From assembly GCA_004764695.1 (NCBI GenBank), contig SMSO01000033.1, positions 124,001-188,000 of the forward strand: a DNA stretch of 64,000 nt, given 5' to 3'. The notes under the pieces were generated by a model. The model saw only the letters and a list, made by a program, of their open reading frames with translations. It was not told where the DNA came from and did not search any database. Source of the stretch: Schizochytrium sp. TIO01. Lineage: Eukaryota > Protista > Bigyra: Labyrinthulomycetes. The stretch's first letter is position 1, and each line of letters begins with the position of its first letter. This document shows, in pieces, positions 52,779 through 64,000 of the stretch. A program made the position numbers and the translations under genes.

Positions 52779-55556
52779 ATGCCGGACGTCGGCCTCCTAC
52801 AAGCCGGCTGCGCAGATGCTAGCTGTAAGCTTGTCTATGATCTGGGCAGTGTGGCTTTGGCTCGCGTGAGCCTGGAGCATGAGAACGCCAGCGCCACTGT
52901 TCTCGTTCGTGCTCGATCCTTGCCATGCCATGGCTCCAGTCGCGGTCAAGAGTGTAACTGCGGTCCTCTTCGCTCCATCAGAGCTCTCGATGCCAGTGTT
53001 CGTGTGCCGGAAGGCGCTTGCATCGCTCGAGACCTCGTCGAGACTCTTTTCTCAGATACTCCAGTTACCATAGACGATGCTGTGACCTCCCTGAGAGACG
53101 TAGAAAACACTGCTCCATCTACACCTGTAAAGTCTTCCCGGGGATCCTTGGCATCAAGAACTCCAATCACTTCATCACCAAACATTGCTGCAACTTCATT
53201 GACATCGTTATCGCTATCGCCAATCCCTCCGAAGGATGCACCTTGGCTTCTTGGAATTTATCCTGCAAAACGAAGGGCTCAGATCCCGTCTGCGATGACT
53301 GTGGAGCTTCGCATGATCGATGGAGCTGGCGTTTCGACGAGGTTGCCTCCAGCTTCTACTGTACGCCAACAAGTAGATCATTGGATTCGCACTGGCATGC
53401 CGGTTTTGGAGGGCTGCATTATCAAATCTCCAGCGGGTCTTTCGCTTGATGCCGTTGTAGTGCGAACAGTGCCGGCTAAGACTCTAGTGACTTGCGAATT
53501 TATGACCCGCGTGAGCTTTGACGATCGTTCTGATGAAGAGCTTATTCAGGCTGCCGAGATCGAAGCAACCTCTACAAAGGCGGAGCAAGTTACTGCTGGT
53601 TCTATACAAGATTCCTCTGCGCATTTACTGGAGGCAACAAAAACACAAAAGACGATTACAAATAGTTACGCACAGCAAGGAACATCTTTAATTCAGGAAA
53701 AGTCGTTAACAGCAGTGCCAGAAATGGGTCCTTCGCGCACTTTGTATGAGCTAGTAGTGCTTCCGGTAGCGCATTATAGGCTAGCGAAACATTTAGGTGA
53801 CTTGCACAGCCCACGAGGCATTTTGCTGCACGGACCTTCCGGCACGGGCAAGTCTCGCGCTGCATACGAGGTAGTGGATAGCTTGCAGCAACTTGCTCCG
53901 TGTAAACTAATTATCTTCGATCCGCAGGCCGGCGACTCACCAGAAGAAGGCCTTCGTGACGCCTTCGCTCAAGCAGAGTCCTTTGTAAAACTCAAGAGCA
54001 GCCGTGCCCGAGCTGTCATTCTCGTTGACAATATTGACACAGTGTGCCCTGTTCGTTCACAAGAAAAGGGTGCTGATGACGGATCTGCACGTACCGTGGC
54101 ACAACTTCTTACGCTTATGGATGGTTTGCATGAGGCAGATCGCCGTATTCTTGTTTTAGGCACTACCTCGCGTCCGAACGATATCGATGGTGCTCTTCGT
54201 CGCCCAGGTCGTTTCGAGCGAGAGGTTGCGTTTGCACCGCCAACGCTTGCAGAACGTACTACTCTTTTGCAGAAACTGGCACCATCCGTTGACATCGACA
54301 CCCTGCAAGATATTGCCCGGACTTGTGTGGGCTTTACCGCTGGAGATCTCGACCTTGTGGTCACTCAGGCTCGCCTCCACAACATGCAGCGGAACAAGTA
54401 TCATGTAGACAGTATAAGCCCTTCTTTAGCAACCCCAAGTACCCAGGATCTTGAACTGGAAGATTTTGAGGAAGCCTTACGAGTGGTTGGTCGCGCAGGC
54501 TCACTCCTCCGAAGTGCAGCGCACCAACCTGTAGGCGAGATCACGATCCGCGGTGAAGTAGCTGGTTATGCTCCTGTTAAGCTCGAACTCACTAAGGCAC
54601 TGGACTGGCCGGTGCTTCGTGCAGACGCAATGCGCCGCCTTAATCTGCGACCCCCACGTGGTATTTTGATGCATGGTCCGCCAGGTTGCTCTAAAACAAC
54701 TTTGGCCAGGTCCGTGGCTGCAAAGTCAGGACACGCCTTCTTCACACTTTCAGGCGCAGATGTCTATTCTCCATTTGTTGGTGATGCCGAGCGTACAGTG
54801 CGGGAGGTCTTTGCAAAAGCTCGCTTGGCTCTTCCAGCGGTGGTTTTCCTGGATGAGATTGACGCCTTGGTGGGCAAGCGTGGCATGACACAAGGTGAGG
54901 GCGACGAGGCGAGCTCTGTGCAGTCCCGTGTCCTCTCTACACTTTTGAATGAAATGGATGGTCTTGTGGCTGCCCACGGCCTCTTGGTATTGGCTGCCAC
55001 GAACCGAGTTGATATGGTTGACGCTGCATTATTGCGTCCAGGCCGTTTCGATCGGGTTATCAACGTGCCTCTTCCCGATGCGCATGATAAAAGACTCATT
55101 CTCGCAGAGCACTTGCGTCGCATTCCCTTGAAACTCACCTTAAATTCCGATCACGATCTTGTGGATCAAAACATTGACGATTCTGTTCCCACTCAGATCT
55201 TCACTGTGCCCAATCCGGCAAACCAAGATTCCCACCCACAGAAGCTCCAAGATACCAACACTTCTTCTACTTACTTGTCCGCTGATTCAACACCTGATTC
55301 TTCTGTAACCAGAAACCAGAGTTCCTTTATCTCAGCAGTTGCATCTGAGGCAGCTTTAGATCCCGCACTGGAGTCTGCTCGAGAGGCTTTGTTAGATCGC
55401 GTGGCGTCTCACATGGCAGATCTACCTCTTTCTGGTGCCCAAATTGAAAACATCTGTCGCGAAGCCGCCGTTTTGGCTGTACGTCGTGGTCTTGACGCCG
55501 TTGGCGAGGATTGCCTTGTCACCGCTCTCGACGCCTGCCGCCCTCGCGCAAATTGA
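52779..55556 (+). CDS. Double-ring AAA+ ATPase, CDC48 superfamily, AFG2/SPATA5(-L1)-like
   Basis: D1: RGILLHGPSGTGKS, VAQLLTLMDG, ALRRPGRFERE. D2: RGILMHGPPGCSKT, VFLDEID, STLLNEMDG, AATNR, ALLRPGRFDR, SGAQIENICREA. ATG 52779 is preferred because 52575-52778 is T-rich and UTR-like. Confidence 0.88.
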   Translation: MPDVGLLQAGCADASCKLVYDLGSVALARVSLEHENASATVLVRARSLPCHGSSRGQECNCGPLRSIRALDASVRVPEGACIARDLVETLFSDTPVTIDDAVTSLRDVENTAPSTPVKSSRGSLASRTPITSSPNIAATSLTSLSLSPIPPKDAPWLLGIYPAKRRAQIPSAMTVELRMIDGAGVSTRLPPASTVRQQVDHWIRTGMPVLEGCIIKSPAGLSLDAVVVRTVPAKTLVTCEFMTRVSFDDRSDEELIQAAEIEATSTKAEQVTAGSIQDSSAHLLEATKTQKTITNSYAQQGTSLIQEKSLTAVPEMGPSRTLYELVVLPVAHYRLAKHLGDLHSPRGILLHGPSGTGKSRAAYEVVDSLQQLAPCKLIIFDPQAGDSPEEGLRDAFAQAESFVKLKSSRARAVILVDNIDTVCPVRSQEKGADDGSARTVAQLLTLMDGLHEADRRILVLGTTSRPNDIDGALRRPGRFEREVAFAPPTLAERTTLLQKLAPSVDIDTLQDIARTCVGFTAGDLDLVVTQARLHNMQRNKYHVDSISPSLATPSTQDLELEDFEEALRVVGRAGSLLRSAAHQPVGEITIRGEVAGYAPVKLELTKALDWPVLRADAMRRLNLRPPRGILMHGPPGCSKTTLARSVAAKSGHAFFTLSGADVYSPFVGDAERTVREVFAKARLALPAVVFLDEIDALVGKRGMTQGEGDEASSVQSRVLSTLLNEMDGLVAAHGLLVLAATNRVDMVDAALLRPGRFDRVINVPLPDAHDKRLILAEHLRRIPLKLTLNSDHDLVDQNIDDSVPTQIFTVPNPANQDSHPQKLQDTNTSSTYLSADSTPDSSVTRNQSSFISAVASEAALDPALESAREALLDRVASHMADLPLSGAQIENICREAAVLAVRRGLDAVGEDCLVTALDACRPRAN

Positions 55557-56042
55557 TACAAGCAGTGTGAGAACGAAGCAAGACGACAATCGTCATCAAC
55601 AACTATTGAATCGTCAACAAATCAACCCAAAAGAAAGAAACAAACAAACAAACAAACAACTGAAACTCTTCAACATAACAAAAAATACACAATCAAACAA
55701 GGAAGCTTTACCGGGAAACTGAGAAGCACAAAAATCCCAGTCCGTAGCACTACCTTCCTATCTACACTACCTTGAACAAGGTAGAACAAGGAAGGACATA
55801 GCCGCAAAGCCGAGTTATCTTATTTTCGCCGCTCTTTTCTCCTTATTTTTCTCGTCTCGCAGCCGAAGTCAGCAAACACGAAACTCGTGGCCCTTCAGCG
55901 GGAAACCAGCCGCGATAAACCTTCGCCTGGCTCGTATTTTCGGAAAGCCTAGGAGCATCTGCTTCGTTCGCTTCGCCCTAGGTTGCCCTTGTGTCTTCGC
56001 TGAGCTTTTGCAGTTCGTAGACGGGTCGATTCGGGCAGACTC

Positions 56043-57653
56043 ATGATGAGGAGCGCCGTAGCACTCATGAGCAGCGGCATGGCGACCCGGAGGGCACGTT
56101 CGAGCCTACCGGTGGCTGCGCGAGCGCTCTCAAGTGGTACTGGTGGTGGGAGCAGTAGCAAGCCTAAGCCAACCATCACTGCAGCACCCGCACCGCCACA
56201 CAAAAATATCACCCTGCACTCGTTAGCAGCCAAGACTAACCGTGGAGAGCCTATTACAATGGTGACTGCTTATGACTACCCAAGCGCCGTGCACGTGGAC
56301 AAAGCTGGCATTGACATTCTTCTGGTAAGTTTTATCTTCAGATTCAGTACTTGTAGTTATCTGCATTTCGTGAGAGCCCAAAGGCTCTTAAATCATATGG
56401 CAAAGAGGAGTAGTTTTGGGGTTTGATTGTGTGCCATCGACTTGTCAGAAGGCTTCTACGTGACGAGTTCTCAATACTATGTTGGCATTTAAAGTCGAGA
56501 TCTTCCTTTTCTGTCTGTTTAAGGACATGCCCGAAGAAAGACAAACATGAATAGAACTTTCTGCCCAGTATGTTTGCTAGTCAATGCTAAGATCAAGATC
56601 AAACTTGGCTGTCAGGTCTTTGATGCAAATGCAAGTACTTTTATCCAGAGAAGGAACTGAGTTTACTAACTTAGAATGTGTGTATGGGATAAATATAATG
56701 ATCGGTTTTGCAGGTGGGCGATTCTGTAGGCATGGTAGAACTTGGATATGACACCACACTCCCAGTGACGCTGGACGAGATGATTCATCATGCAAAGGCA
56801 GTCGCACGTGGATGCAGACGCCCGCTGCTTGTCGTAGACATTCCCTTTGGATACTTTGAAGCCTCGCCTCGTCAGGCTGCGGAGAGCGCCATTCGCATCA
56901 TGAAAGAGACAAACTTTGATGCCGTCAAAGTAGAGGGAGGTCGCAAGCGGTTGCCCCAGGTCGAGGCTATTCTTGATTGCGGAATTGCCGTGATGGGTCA
57001 TATTGGTCTCACCCCTCAGAGTTTCTCCAGTCTTGGTGGATTCAAGTAAGTTTCTAAAATCAAAATAAACCCTTTTAGAGGATTCGCTGAGAATATTGGG
57101 CAACGGTATTTCGGATGGCTAATGAGATTGATGGCTTTATTCCCATTTTACCTTAATTTTGTTTCACAGGGCGCAAGGTCGTACTGCCTCAGCTGCATAT
57201 GAGCTGATTAAGGATGCTGAGGCTCTACAGGAGGCTGGATGCTTTGCATGCGTACTTGAGTGTGTCCCAGCTCCTGTAGCCGAGCAGGTTGCCAAGGCAG
57301 TAGATATTCCCATTATCGGCATTGGCGCCGGCCCGTACACAGATGGGCAGGTGCTTGTTTTCCACGATATGCTCGGTATGATGCAACACTACCATCATGC
57401 TGAGTTTACCCCGCAGTTCTGTAAGCAGTATGCCACTGTTGGACACTTGATTCAGGAGGGGCTTGCCGATTACAAACGCGATGTAGAGGAGCGCAAGTTC
57501 CCGACAATGGAATACTCCCCCTACAAAATTGCAGACAAGGAGCTAAAGTTATTTCTTGAGATGGCCGAAAAGCACGAAAAAGACAAGCAGGAGAAGCCTA
57601 AAAGTGGTTCCTCGATTTCCCAGGATGCCGGTGAGGATATTAAGGTGTACTAA
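56043..57653 (+). CDS. panB: 3-methyl-2-oxobutanoate hydroxymethyltransferase (ketopantoate hydroxymethyltransferase), with mitochondrial-type presequence; exons 56043-56324, 56714-57045, 57170-57653
   Basis: Motifs [12 protein letters not shown]|[25 protein letters not shown]|[25 protein letters not shown]. Introns: GTAAGT at 56325 to TTTTGCAG at 56713 (branch TACTAAC 56664-56670), and GTAAGT at 57046 to TTTCACAG at 57169. Splicing restores the frame and conserved motifs. N-terminus is R/S/A-rich and lacks acidic residues. Confidence 0.96.
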
Positions 57654-58383
57654 TTATGCAAGTCAATTCAGTAGGCTTCATTTATCATTATTCATTCATA
57701 TTTTGCCCCTTCTTTGTTCTCCTGTAATTTAAAGAAAAGGAGTTGAATTATATTTACGTGCTTAAATCGTTTTACCATCAAATGAAATGTTCGCGTGTTG
57801 TAGAAGCCCGAATGTACATTCGGACTAGTGACGTTCTAATATGTGTCCTTTCTCATTGTTTGCTGCCTGTATCGACGACTTTAAGCCCTTCAAAAAATAA
57901 ATCATGTGGACCTCTCACGGTTAATATCATGAATAATTATTTGAGAATGGTCTTCACATGGTTATAAGAAGAAAACTTTAAAAACGATATACTAATCTCC
58001 TTGCGTTTGGGGGCATGTTTATCCAAGTTCGAAATATTTTGATCCGTTTTCATCCGTCACTTGTTTGTAATTTAATGCGTTTGTTAGCATACCAGTTACC
58101 TATCTAGACAACTTGCTGCTATTTATATTTTCAGGTTCCTCGTGAATACCTCTACACAACCTAACGTCTTTATGATCTACACATTTGAGGACACCTCTCC
58201 AAAGTTTTTGTTTTGTCTTGTTTTGTTCTTTTCCAATGATTAGCATGGTGGTGTTCACTATAGAAGGCTCACCCTCAGTTATATCTTGCATCGTTTTCCT
58301 GCAGACCTGTCCACACATCCAAATCGTGATCTGTTCACCTACTTATTTTAAAGTAATGAGAAAAAGTCAAATGCAGGTTTCCT

Positions 58384-59007
58384 TCACTCGCCCTTGGCCT
58401 CATTCTGTTCCTTATCTTGAGCTTCATCATCGCCATCGCTACCCTCCTCGTTGCTGTCGTCGTCACCATCACTGCTGTCGTCATCGTCACTACTCGAGTC
58501 AGATCCCGACCCAGAGCTGTCCTCATCGTCATTATCTTGCTCCTCGCGCTGTCTACGAAGCCGCTCCTGCTCTGCAAGATCTGTGATAGCTCGTTGAGTC
58601 TTCCTAGCAAGTTTCGCAAGGTCCTTCTTCGCATCACGCTTCAGGTCCCAATTCACTTTGCGTGGCGCGATAGAGTTCACATCAGCAGAGTTGCTGGTTT
58701 TCGCCTTACTTGAACTGTATCCAGTTGACGCCGAGCTTGCCATAACTCCACGAGCAACGTCATCACGAGCCTTTCCTTCAAGATCGCGAACAATAGCCTG
58801 GGACCATGCTGCGAGCTGTGCAGGCTTGTCGGGCTCCTCGGCAGGACCGCCGCGACTTTCCTTAATGCTGCCGCGGGCGCCATCCTGACTAGCCTCGGGC
58901 TTCTGCAAAGCCGCATCGTCAGTGCCGGAGGGAACATAGTTGCGGAAGCGAGGCCGACGCGGCTTCTGCGCGGCTTCAGCGACTGCCTTTTCGTCGGGCG
59001 CCTGCAT
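58384..59007 (-). CDS. CCDC12: CCDC12/Cwf18 spliceosomal protein
   Basis: N-terminal RFRNYVP and central IAPRKVNWDLKRDAKKDLAKLARKTQRAI motifs typical of Cwf18/CCDC12; acidic tail. Confidence 0.87.
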   Translation of the reverse strand: MQAPDEKAVAEAAQKPRRPRFRNYVPSGTDDAALQKPEASQDGARGSIKESRGGPAEEPDKPAQLAAWSQAIVRDLEGKARDDVARGVMASSASTGYSSSKAKTSNSADVNSIAPRKVNWDLKRDAKKDLAKLARKTQRAITDLAEQERLRRQREEQDNDDEDSSGSGSDSSSDDDDSSDGDDDSNEEGSDGDDEAQDKEQNEAKGE

Positions 59008-60673
59008 TGCGTCTGGAAAAACAAACAGATTTGGTTTTGTGCTGTTGGTTTTGCAAGTTTGGTGGGCTTTCTTTCACTTTGTTGTGGCCTACTTTATTTT
59101 GTTTTATTTCACTTTCGCTCATTTGTTCTACTTTAATTCTATTGTACCTTCTGTAGATTTGTCAATGGATAAAGGCGCCATTGTCGAAGTTATAGTTAGG
59201 CAGGTGGAGTTATAGTGTCGAGGATTATGGAAGGCCCACTAGAAAAGCCATCTGCTCCAAAAGACTTAGGCAGGTAAATGAAAGTGCACTTGCTCTAAAA
59301 GAAGGAAACAAGCTCAATCGGTGCTGTCTATCCATCATCTTCAAACATGTGATGCGAAGTTTGATCCCAGATTTGCCATCTCCTATAACATGAGTAATGC
59401 CTGCAGACTTGCTAAGAATAGTTCAGCTGGAGTGAGGAGGGCACCGTTGAAAATTTGAGACTATTTCGAGGTGTACTGCTCCATCCAATGCATGAGGTAT
59501 TGGATCGGGATACTATCTTCAAGAAGAGATGTCTACCCTGCATGACAAAGCTGAGATCCCGCCAGTATTCAATTCCATGTTCCTAAGATCTGCATCAAAT
59601 TCTCCAGGTACCAAATCTTGTCCAAAGCCACTTTTTCGTTTGGAATTCACGGAAGAAGATCATCAATTTTATCCCGAGAGCATGCCCATAAATTGTCCGC
59701 ATTTAGAATTAGCCTGTCTTTTTACACCGTGTCTTCAACATATAATAGTTTTAGTTAGTAGGTGATTGCATACTAGTACGTATCAGTAGTGTGCCGGACG
59801 TTTTTCCCTTGTCGAAATCTCTCAAGCTCTGCGTACAGGCTTAAGCTCAAAGACCCGCTCTTCCTCTCCTGCTTGTATAGGCCAAAATACCATTTCCCAT
59901 AGAGTTTATTCTTCAAGTTTGTTGCCGAGTCTGGAACATATGCATATGCTATTGCAATCCTCTGAATTTGGCACTGTGACTTTTTACTTCTCAAACCATA
60001 AATTATGTTTAAAGAAAATGAAAAAGCAAACTTCTACTAATTACTTTCATAATAGCAATAATAGTAATAGTAATAGTAATAATAATAAAGAGAAAGACTG
60101 TAGTCCAGCCGGGATTAACTTCTTCTTCTTCTTCTTCTTCGCCTTCGCCTTCAAAGCTGGATCTTTGGAACCAGAGACGGTTCATAAAATCGTAGCTTGT
60201 AGTCTCTCGAACCGTGCGAAGCTCCCGCGGAACCCTGAAGAGGGCTCAGGAGCGATTTTAGGCTCTCCGTACGAAGCCGCTTACGTCATCTAACAATCAG
60301 TGAAGCTGAGAAAAGATTGGCAATAGTCAACTTCGTTATCTGAAGCAATGAAAGAACATGCCTGATCTCAGTTGCTGCGCCTCCTGCAAGGCTATTTTCA
60401 TTGACCCAGAGTGAGGGATCTGGTTGGCTCTTGTCAGTCAGCCCAACGACAGGATGAGTTCTCCTGATGGCTTGCTTGATTTTTCATTCGCAGAATCAAT
60501 CACCTTCGTAGAGAAGAAGAGTTCTAGGAATTCTTCCACGTTATAAATGTATGTGGATCATTCATAGATATTATGAATAACACAGATGAAAAGAAGGGAA
60601 TGAAGCAGACCCCAAACTGCGGCACCCCGCGATCTTTAAGAGCGTCCTTGGCGACCTTTGTGCGTCTGGTACC

Positions 60674-61564
60674 ATGGAGGTGGTCGTAAGCGGACCTCCT
60701 GGTGGCCAGTGCGGCTCTGGATCCGCTGACGACCGAGCTCCGCTCATGGTTTTCGTCCATGGATGGCCTGACGATGGCCGCGTCTGGGCAGCCCAAGTCG
60801 CACATTTTCGTAAAAACTATCGCTGCGCGGTTGTAACTCTGCCAGGATTTGGGCCCGAAGATCGAGTTATGGAGTCTGGCAGCGAAAGACCTTCTGAGCA
60901 TAATTTCGATGAACTGTCCAAGATGCTTGCACAGGAAATTCGCGATATCCAGATGGATTTAGAAGACCGCGCAATCTTGGTCTTGCACGATTGGGGATCT
61001 GTTATTGGCTTTACTATGGAAGACATGTATCCCGATCTTGTTGCAGGCATCGTGGCGATTGACGTTGGACCACCAACTTTAGATCACCCTCGTGTGAAAG
61101 ACGTCCCGGCAATGCTTACAATTGGCCTGCTGTACCACTATATGCTTATTTGGGCCTACTTTCTCTACAAAATGGGCCCGCACGGACTCGGCGAGCGCCT
61201 TGGCAACGCTATTTCACGCATGATTGCACGCCGTGTTGGCGCTCCACACCCAGAACAAGCGCTGGCCGCAAGTAACTATACTTACTACTATTTTCATAGG
61301 AACTTTGTTGCAGAGTTCTTTGGCGCCACGGCACGATCAGCGCGGTACACAAAGAAACCAAGCTCGCCCCAGACCACACCAACCTTATTCATTTATGGTG
61401 TGCAGAAGCCTATTATGTTGCATTCGTTGCGGTGGGTACAGAATCTAAAAGCATCGCCAGACTGTCACGTTATTCCCGTTAAAGCTGGACACTGGATCAT
61501 GCACGAGGTTGATCCACAGGAACTCAATCGCAAAATATCGAACTTTATAGACCTCAACATTTAA
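60674..61564 (+). CDS. Alpha/beta hydrolase, epoxide-hydrolase-like
   Basis: Oxyanion HGWP, LPGFG, nucleophile elbow LHDWG, PTLFIYG and catalytic His in AGHW. Confidence 0.9.
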   Translation: MEVVVSGPPGGQCGSGSADDRAPLMVFVHGWPDDGRVWAAQVAHFRKNYRCAVVTLPGFGPEDRVMESGSERPSEHNFDELSKMLAQEIRDIQMDLEDRAILVLHDWGSVIGFTMEDMYPDLVAGIVAIDVGPPTLDHPRVKDVPAMLTIGLLYHYMLIWAYFLYKMGPHGLGERLGNAISRMIARRVGAPHPEQALAASNYTYYYFHRNFVAEFFGATARSARYTKKPSSPQTTPTLFIYGVQKPIMLHSLRWVQNLKASPDCHVIPVKAGHWIMHEVDPQELNRKISNFIDLNI

Positions 61565-62457
61565 TCGCGCTATGCACTTAGTCTTTGCTAGCAAGGTTAT
61601 AGTGTCTTCTTTCCTGGCTCGGTTTATCATGAAACATTACGTTAGCAAGAGAATGCCGAGAGCGAGCCACACGTTCATTACACATGAAGAACATAGGAAC
61701 CCAAAACAATCGATAGAGAGAAAGAAAGAGGATCATGAACAAACGGTCTGCATTTGAAATTTCTTCCTGGCATTACGAAGGGACTGAATATCAGCCGGAC
61801 TTTTTCTTGCTATGCTCATTGGGTGTCGCTGTGATATCTCGTTGATTTTCTCATTGTTGATTATCTCTACTCTACTTCCTATAATGCCCGCATGCACCAA
61901 ATGTATTTATGCTTAACTTCTACTTTTCATATATATTTTCAATCTTGGATGAAACAAGAAAGCATTTGCTATAGAGCAAGCTTTGGTGAGGCGCCAGTGT
62001 TTTCCAAGTTGCATACTTTTCTTTGTTTTAAAACAACGAGCTCATTACAAAGTGCAGTAGGTACCTTCCACTTACTATGCTAGATCGTTTAAATCAATAC
62101 CCCTCCCCACTGCCCAAATATAATTTTCAAAAAGCAAATTGAGCTTGAGCTTTCGATACTTGTCTTTAAAACAAGACTACACAATACAAAATGGAAATAT
62201 GTTTACTGTTTATATATAGGATAGTGTCTTTTCACTCTGGCACTCTATATAGAGAAACTGAGAAAATAGTTTGTAAAGCACATGCCTTCAATTCACATGT
62301 CAGCTACCAATCTTGTAATAACTTCAAGCAATTAAAATGATCAGGTGCTATGTTAAGCATGTGTAGTACCGAGAAAACAATACTTAGATATAAATGTGTA
62401 CCTATTCTTGGAATCTAGGCTAAACCTATATTCTTCAAAGTGGGGCCAAATAGATAG

Positions 62458-63864
62458 CTAAGGTTTCCAGTCAAAGATGTGCATAAGACATGCCACCTCA
62501 TTGTTTGGCCAGACAGCCCAGTCAGAATCAGCAAAATTAGAAGAGCAAAAGGACCGCAAGTCGTCCACACGAGAGCAGCCTAGAACCATATCTTGTGCTA
62601 CAGCATTTGAAAGAATGGCAGAATTGAGAGCATGAACTGCCCACTTCTTTTCCATATGAGATATCTGTGGGTGTGCAATGTACTCCACCAAAGTGATTAC
62701 CAAACCTGATTGTTGCGCCAAACTCTGATTACGCAAATGATCACGGCACAACGTAGCAATTGCACGGATTGCAGCAATGCTTCCCTTTGGGGATATCTTA
62801 GTCTTCTGCATCGCGCTCATTACAGCAACATTGAGCCCAAATGTTGAACCAACATAACTCATAAACCCGTGGTGCGACTCTTGATGAGGTGCCTCGTACA
62901 AAGGATCTGCAAGGCGAGCTTGCAGAACGTCTAAGAGGCTACCAAATAAGCCTGCATCGGCAAGAACATCTTGAACACTCTTGCCACCAAGCCAAGACCA
63001 ATAACATATATTTTTAAGTTGGGAAATCATGGTCACTTCATTGCGCAGTTCAAGAGGATTATTTTCAAAACGCTTTGCGTCTTCGAGATAAGGCGACTCA
63101 TCAGTGCCTTGGTCACGCATCTTCTCACGCCGAGCTTGGTCCAGACGCATTTGTTGAAGACTCAGAATAGACGCAGCTGAACGTTGTGATGAATCTCGAT
63201 CGTTTCTTCTAATTCGCATTGATGCTCGAGAGAACATATCAGCCAATGCACCAGGCATTCCAGCTATATTGGAAGCAATACTTGCACGTGATGCATTAGA
63301 GGCGCCAATACGACTTGGATCCACAATAGAGTTTCTACCCCGTGGACTGAAAAACCCTTTGCTGTTGCGACGCATGGACTGATTCATTGTCATGCTCTGG
63401 GCGTCGTCTCCTAAAGCTCCTGAAGATGGAGAGGTAAGCACTTCGCGAGACAGCTCCCCTCCTACCACAGCCGATGCTGCACTAGCGCGAGAAGATGATG
63501 AAAAGGCACTATGAAGGCGTTGTTTGAAAGCCGATGACCTGCGTCTACTTGGTGAATATACTCCTTCACTATTCTTCTGTTGGATTGTAGGGCTTGATGT
63601 AATATTAAATACATCGCCTTCGCCATTGTTCAGATACAATGATGACTTACTTGTATCTACAGAGAGAGAAGCGGATGCATGCCGCCCTATGTCACGCTCA
63701 GAGCGCTTCCTGGGCTCGGATTCCGAATACAGCGACATTGTCTTGGTACCATTCTTCATAGAGCCAACAGATCGGTTGCTCTCGACAGAACCCCTGCCAC
63801 CACCTTCTATATGACTAACTTTGCGTCCACCCTTTGAACCAGGTAGGGCAAAGCTCTTGTTCAT
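62458..63864 (-). CDS. Hypothetical protein: Ser/Arg-rich disordered N-terminus and ARM-like helical C-terminus
   Basis: 468-aa ORF; AIRAIATLCRDHLRNQSLAQQSGLVITLVEYI and WAVHALNSAILSNAVAQD resemble armadillo repeats. Confidence 0.7.
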   Translation of the reverse strand: MNKSFALPGSKGGRKVSHIEGGGRGSVESNRSVGSMKNGTKTMSLYSESEPRKRSERDIGRHASASLSVDTSKSSLYLNNGEGDVFNITSSPTIQQKNSEGVYSPSRRRSSAFKQRLHSAFSSSSRASAASAVVGGELSREVLTSPSSGALGDDAQSMTMNQSMRRNSKGFFSPRGRNSIVDPSRIGASNASRASIASNIAGMPGALADMFSRASMRIRRNDRDSSQRSAASILSLQQMRLDQARREKMRDQGTDESPYLEDAKRFENNPLELRNEVTMISQLKNICYWSWLGGKSVQDVLADAGLFGSLLDVLQARLADPLYEAPHQESHHGFMSYVGSTFGLNVAVMSAMQKTKISPKGSIAAIRAIATLCRDHLRNQSLAQQSGLVITLVEYIAHPQISHMEKKWAVHALNSAILSNAVAQDMVLGCSRVDDLRSFCSSNFADSDWAVWPNNEVACLMHIFDWKP

Positions 63865-64000
63865 ATCTCTGGCTGGTTGAGGAATGTCGATGCTAGAAGT
63901 TGAAGATTGGCGTCTTAAGTTCCACAGTGGGCCCGGATGTTCTGAATCAATTAAAGATTGTGAGGTGCTCTTCTCTTCGGTTTGCTTTCGCTCCAGATCA

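Noticed and set aside
1-64000. Intact transposon, retroelement, Fanzor/TnpB or viral hallmark genes
   Set aside because: No RT, integrase, DDE, RuvC, capsid or packaging-ATPase motifs were recognised in any long ORF, and no LTR/TIR pairs were noticed by eye.

Overview
Eukaryotic nuclear DNA. It has mostly single-exon genes, GT-AG introns in panB, microsatellites and no operons. The gene style suggests a stramenopile protist, most likely a thraustochytrid/labyrinthulomycete; this is inference from gene style only. About 15 protein-coding genes are supported: a partial RBMX2/Snu17 RRM protein, an AT-rich 551-aa orphan, a Tudor-like + ankyrin protein, a KH-domain RNA-binding protein, a RanBP2-ZnF/FN3/class-3 lipase/FYVE protein, a spermidine-synthase-like SAM methyltransferase, an EEP sphingomyelinase-like protein, WDR55, a membrane-anchored beta-propeller + AspH-like 2OG-Fe(II) dioxygenase, a kinesin, a HET-like + TPR protein, an AFG2/SPATA5-type double AAA ATPase, a 3-exon panB, CCDC12/Cwf18, an epoxide-hydrolase-like alpha/beta hydrolase and an ARM-like protein. 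Two long stretches lack credible ORFs (about 6.8-19.5 kb and 42.1-49.6 kb). No rRNA, intact tRNA, CRISPR array or intact transposase/RT was recognised. The best leads are: a HET/TIR-like + TPR candidate immune protein; a Golgi/ER-type propeller-dioxygenase fusion with a bacterial-looking domain; a GC-rich, heavily base-paired ~200-nt non-coding island at 37.1-37.3 kb; a predicted pseudo-sphingomyelinase; and a 196-bp tandem duplication that creates a uORF ahead of the lipase gene. All family calls come from motif recognition by eye, with no database searches.
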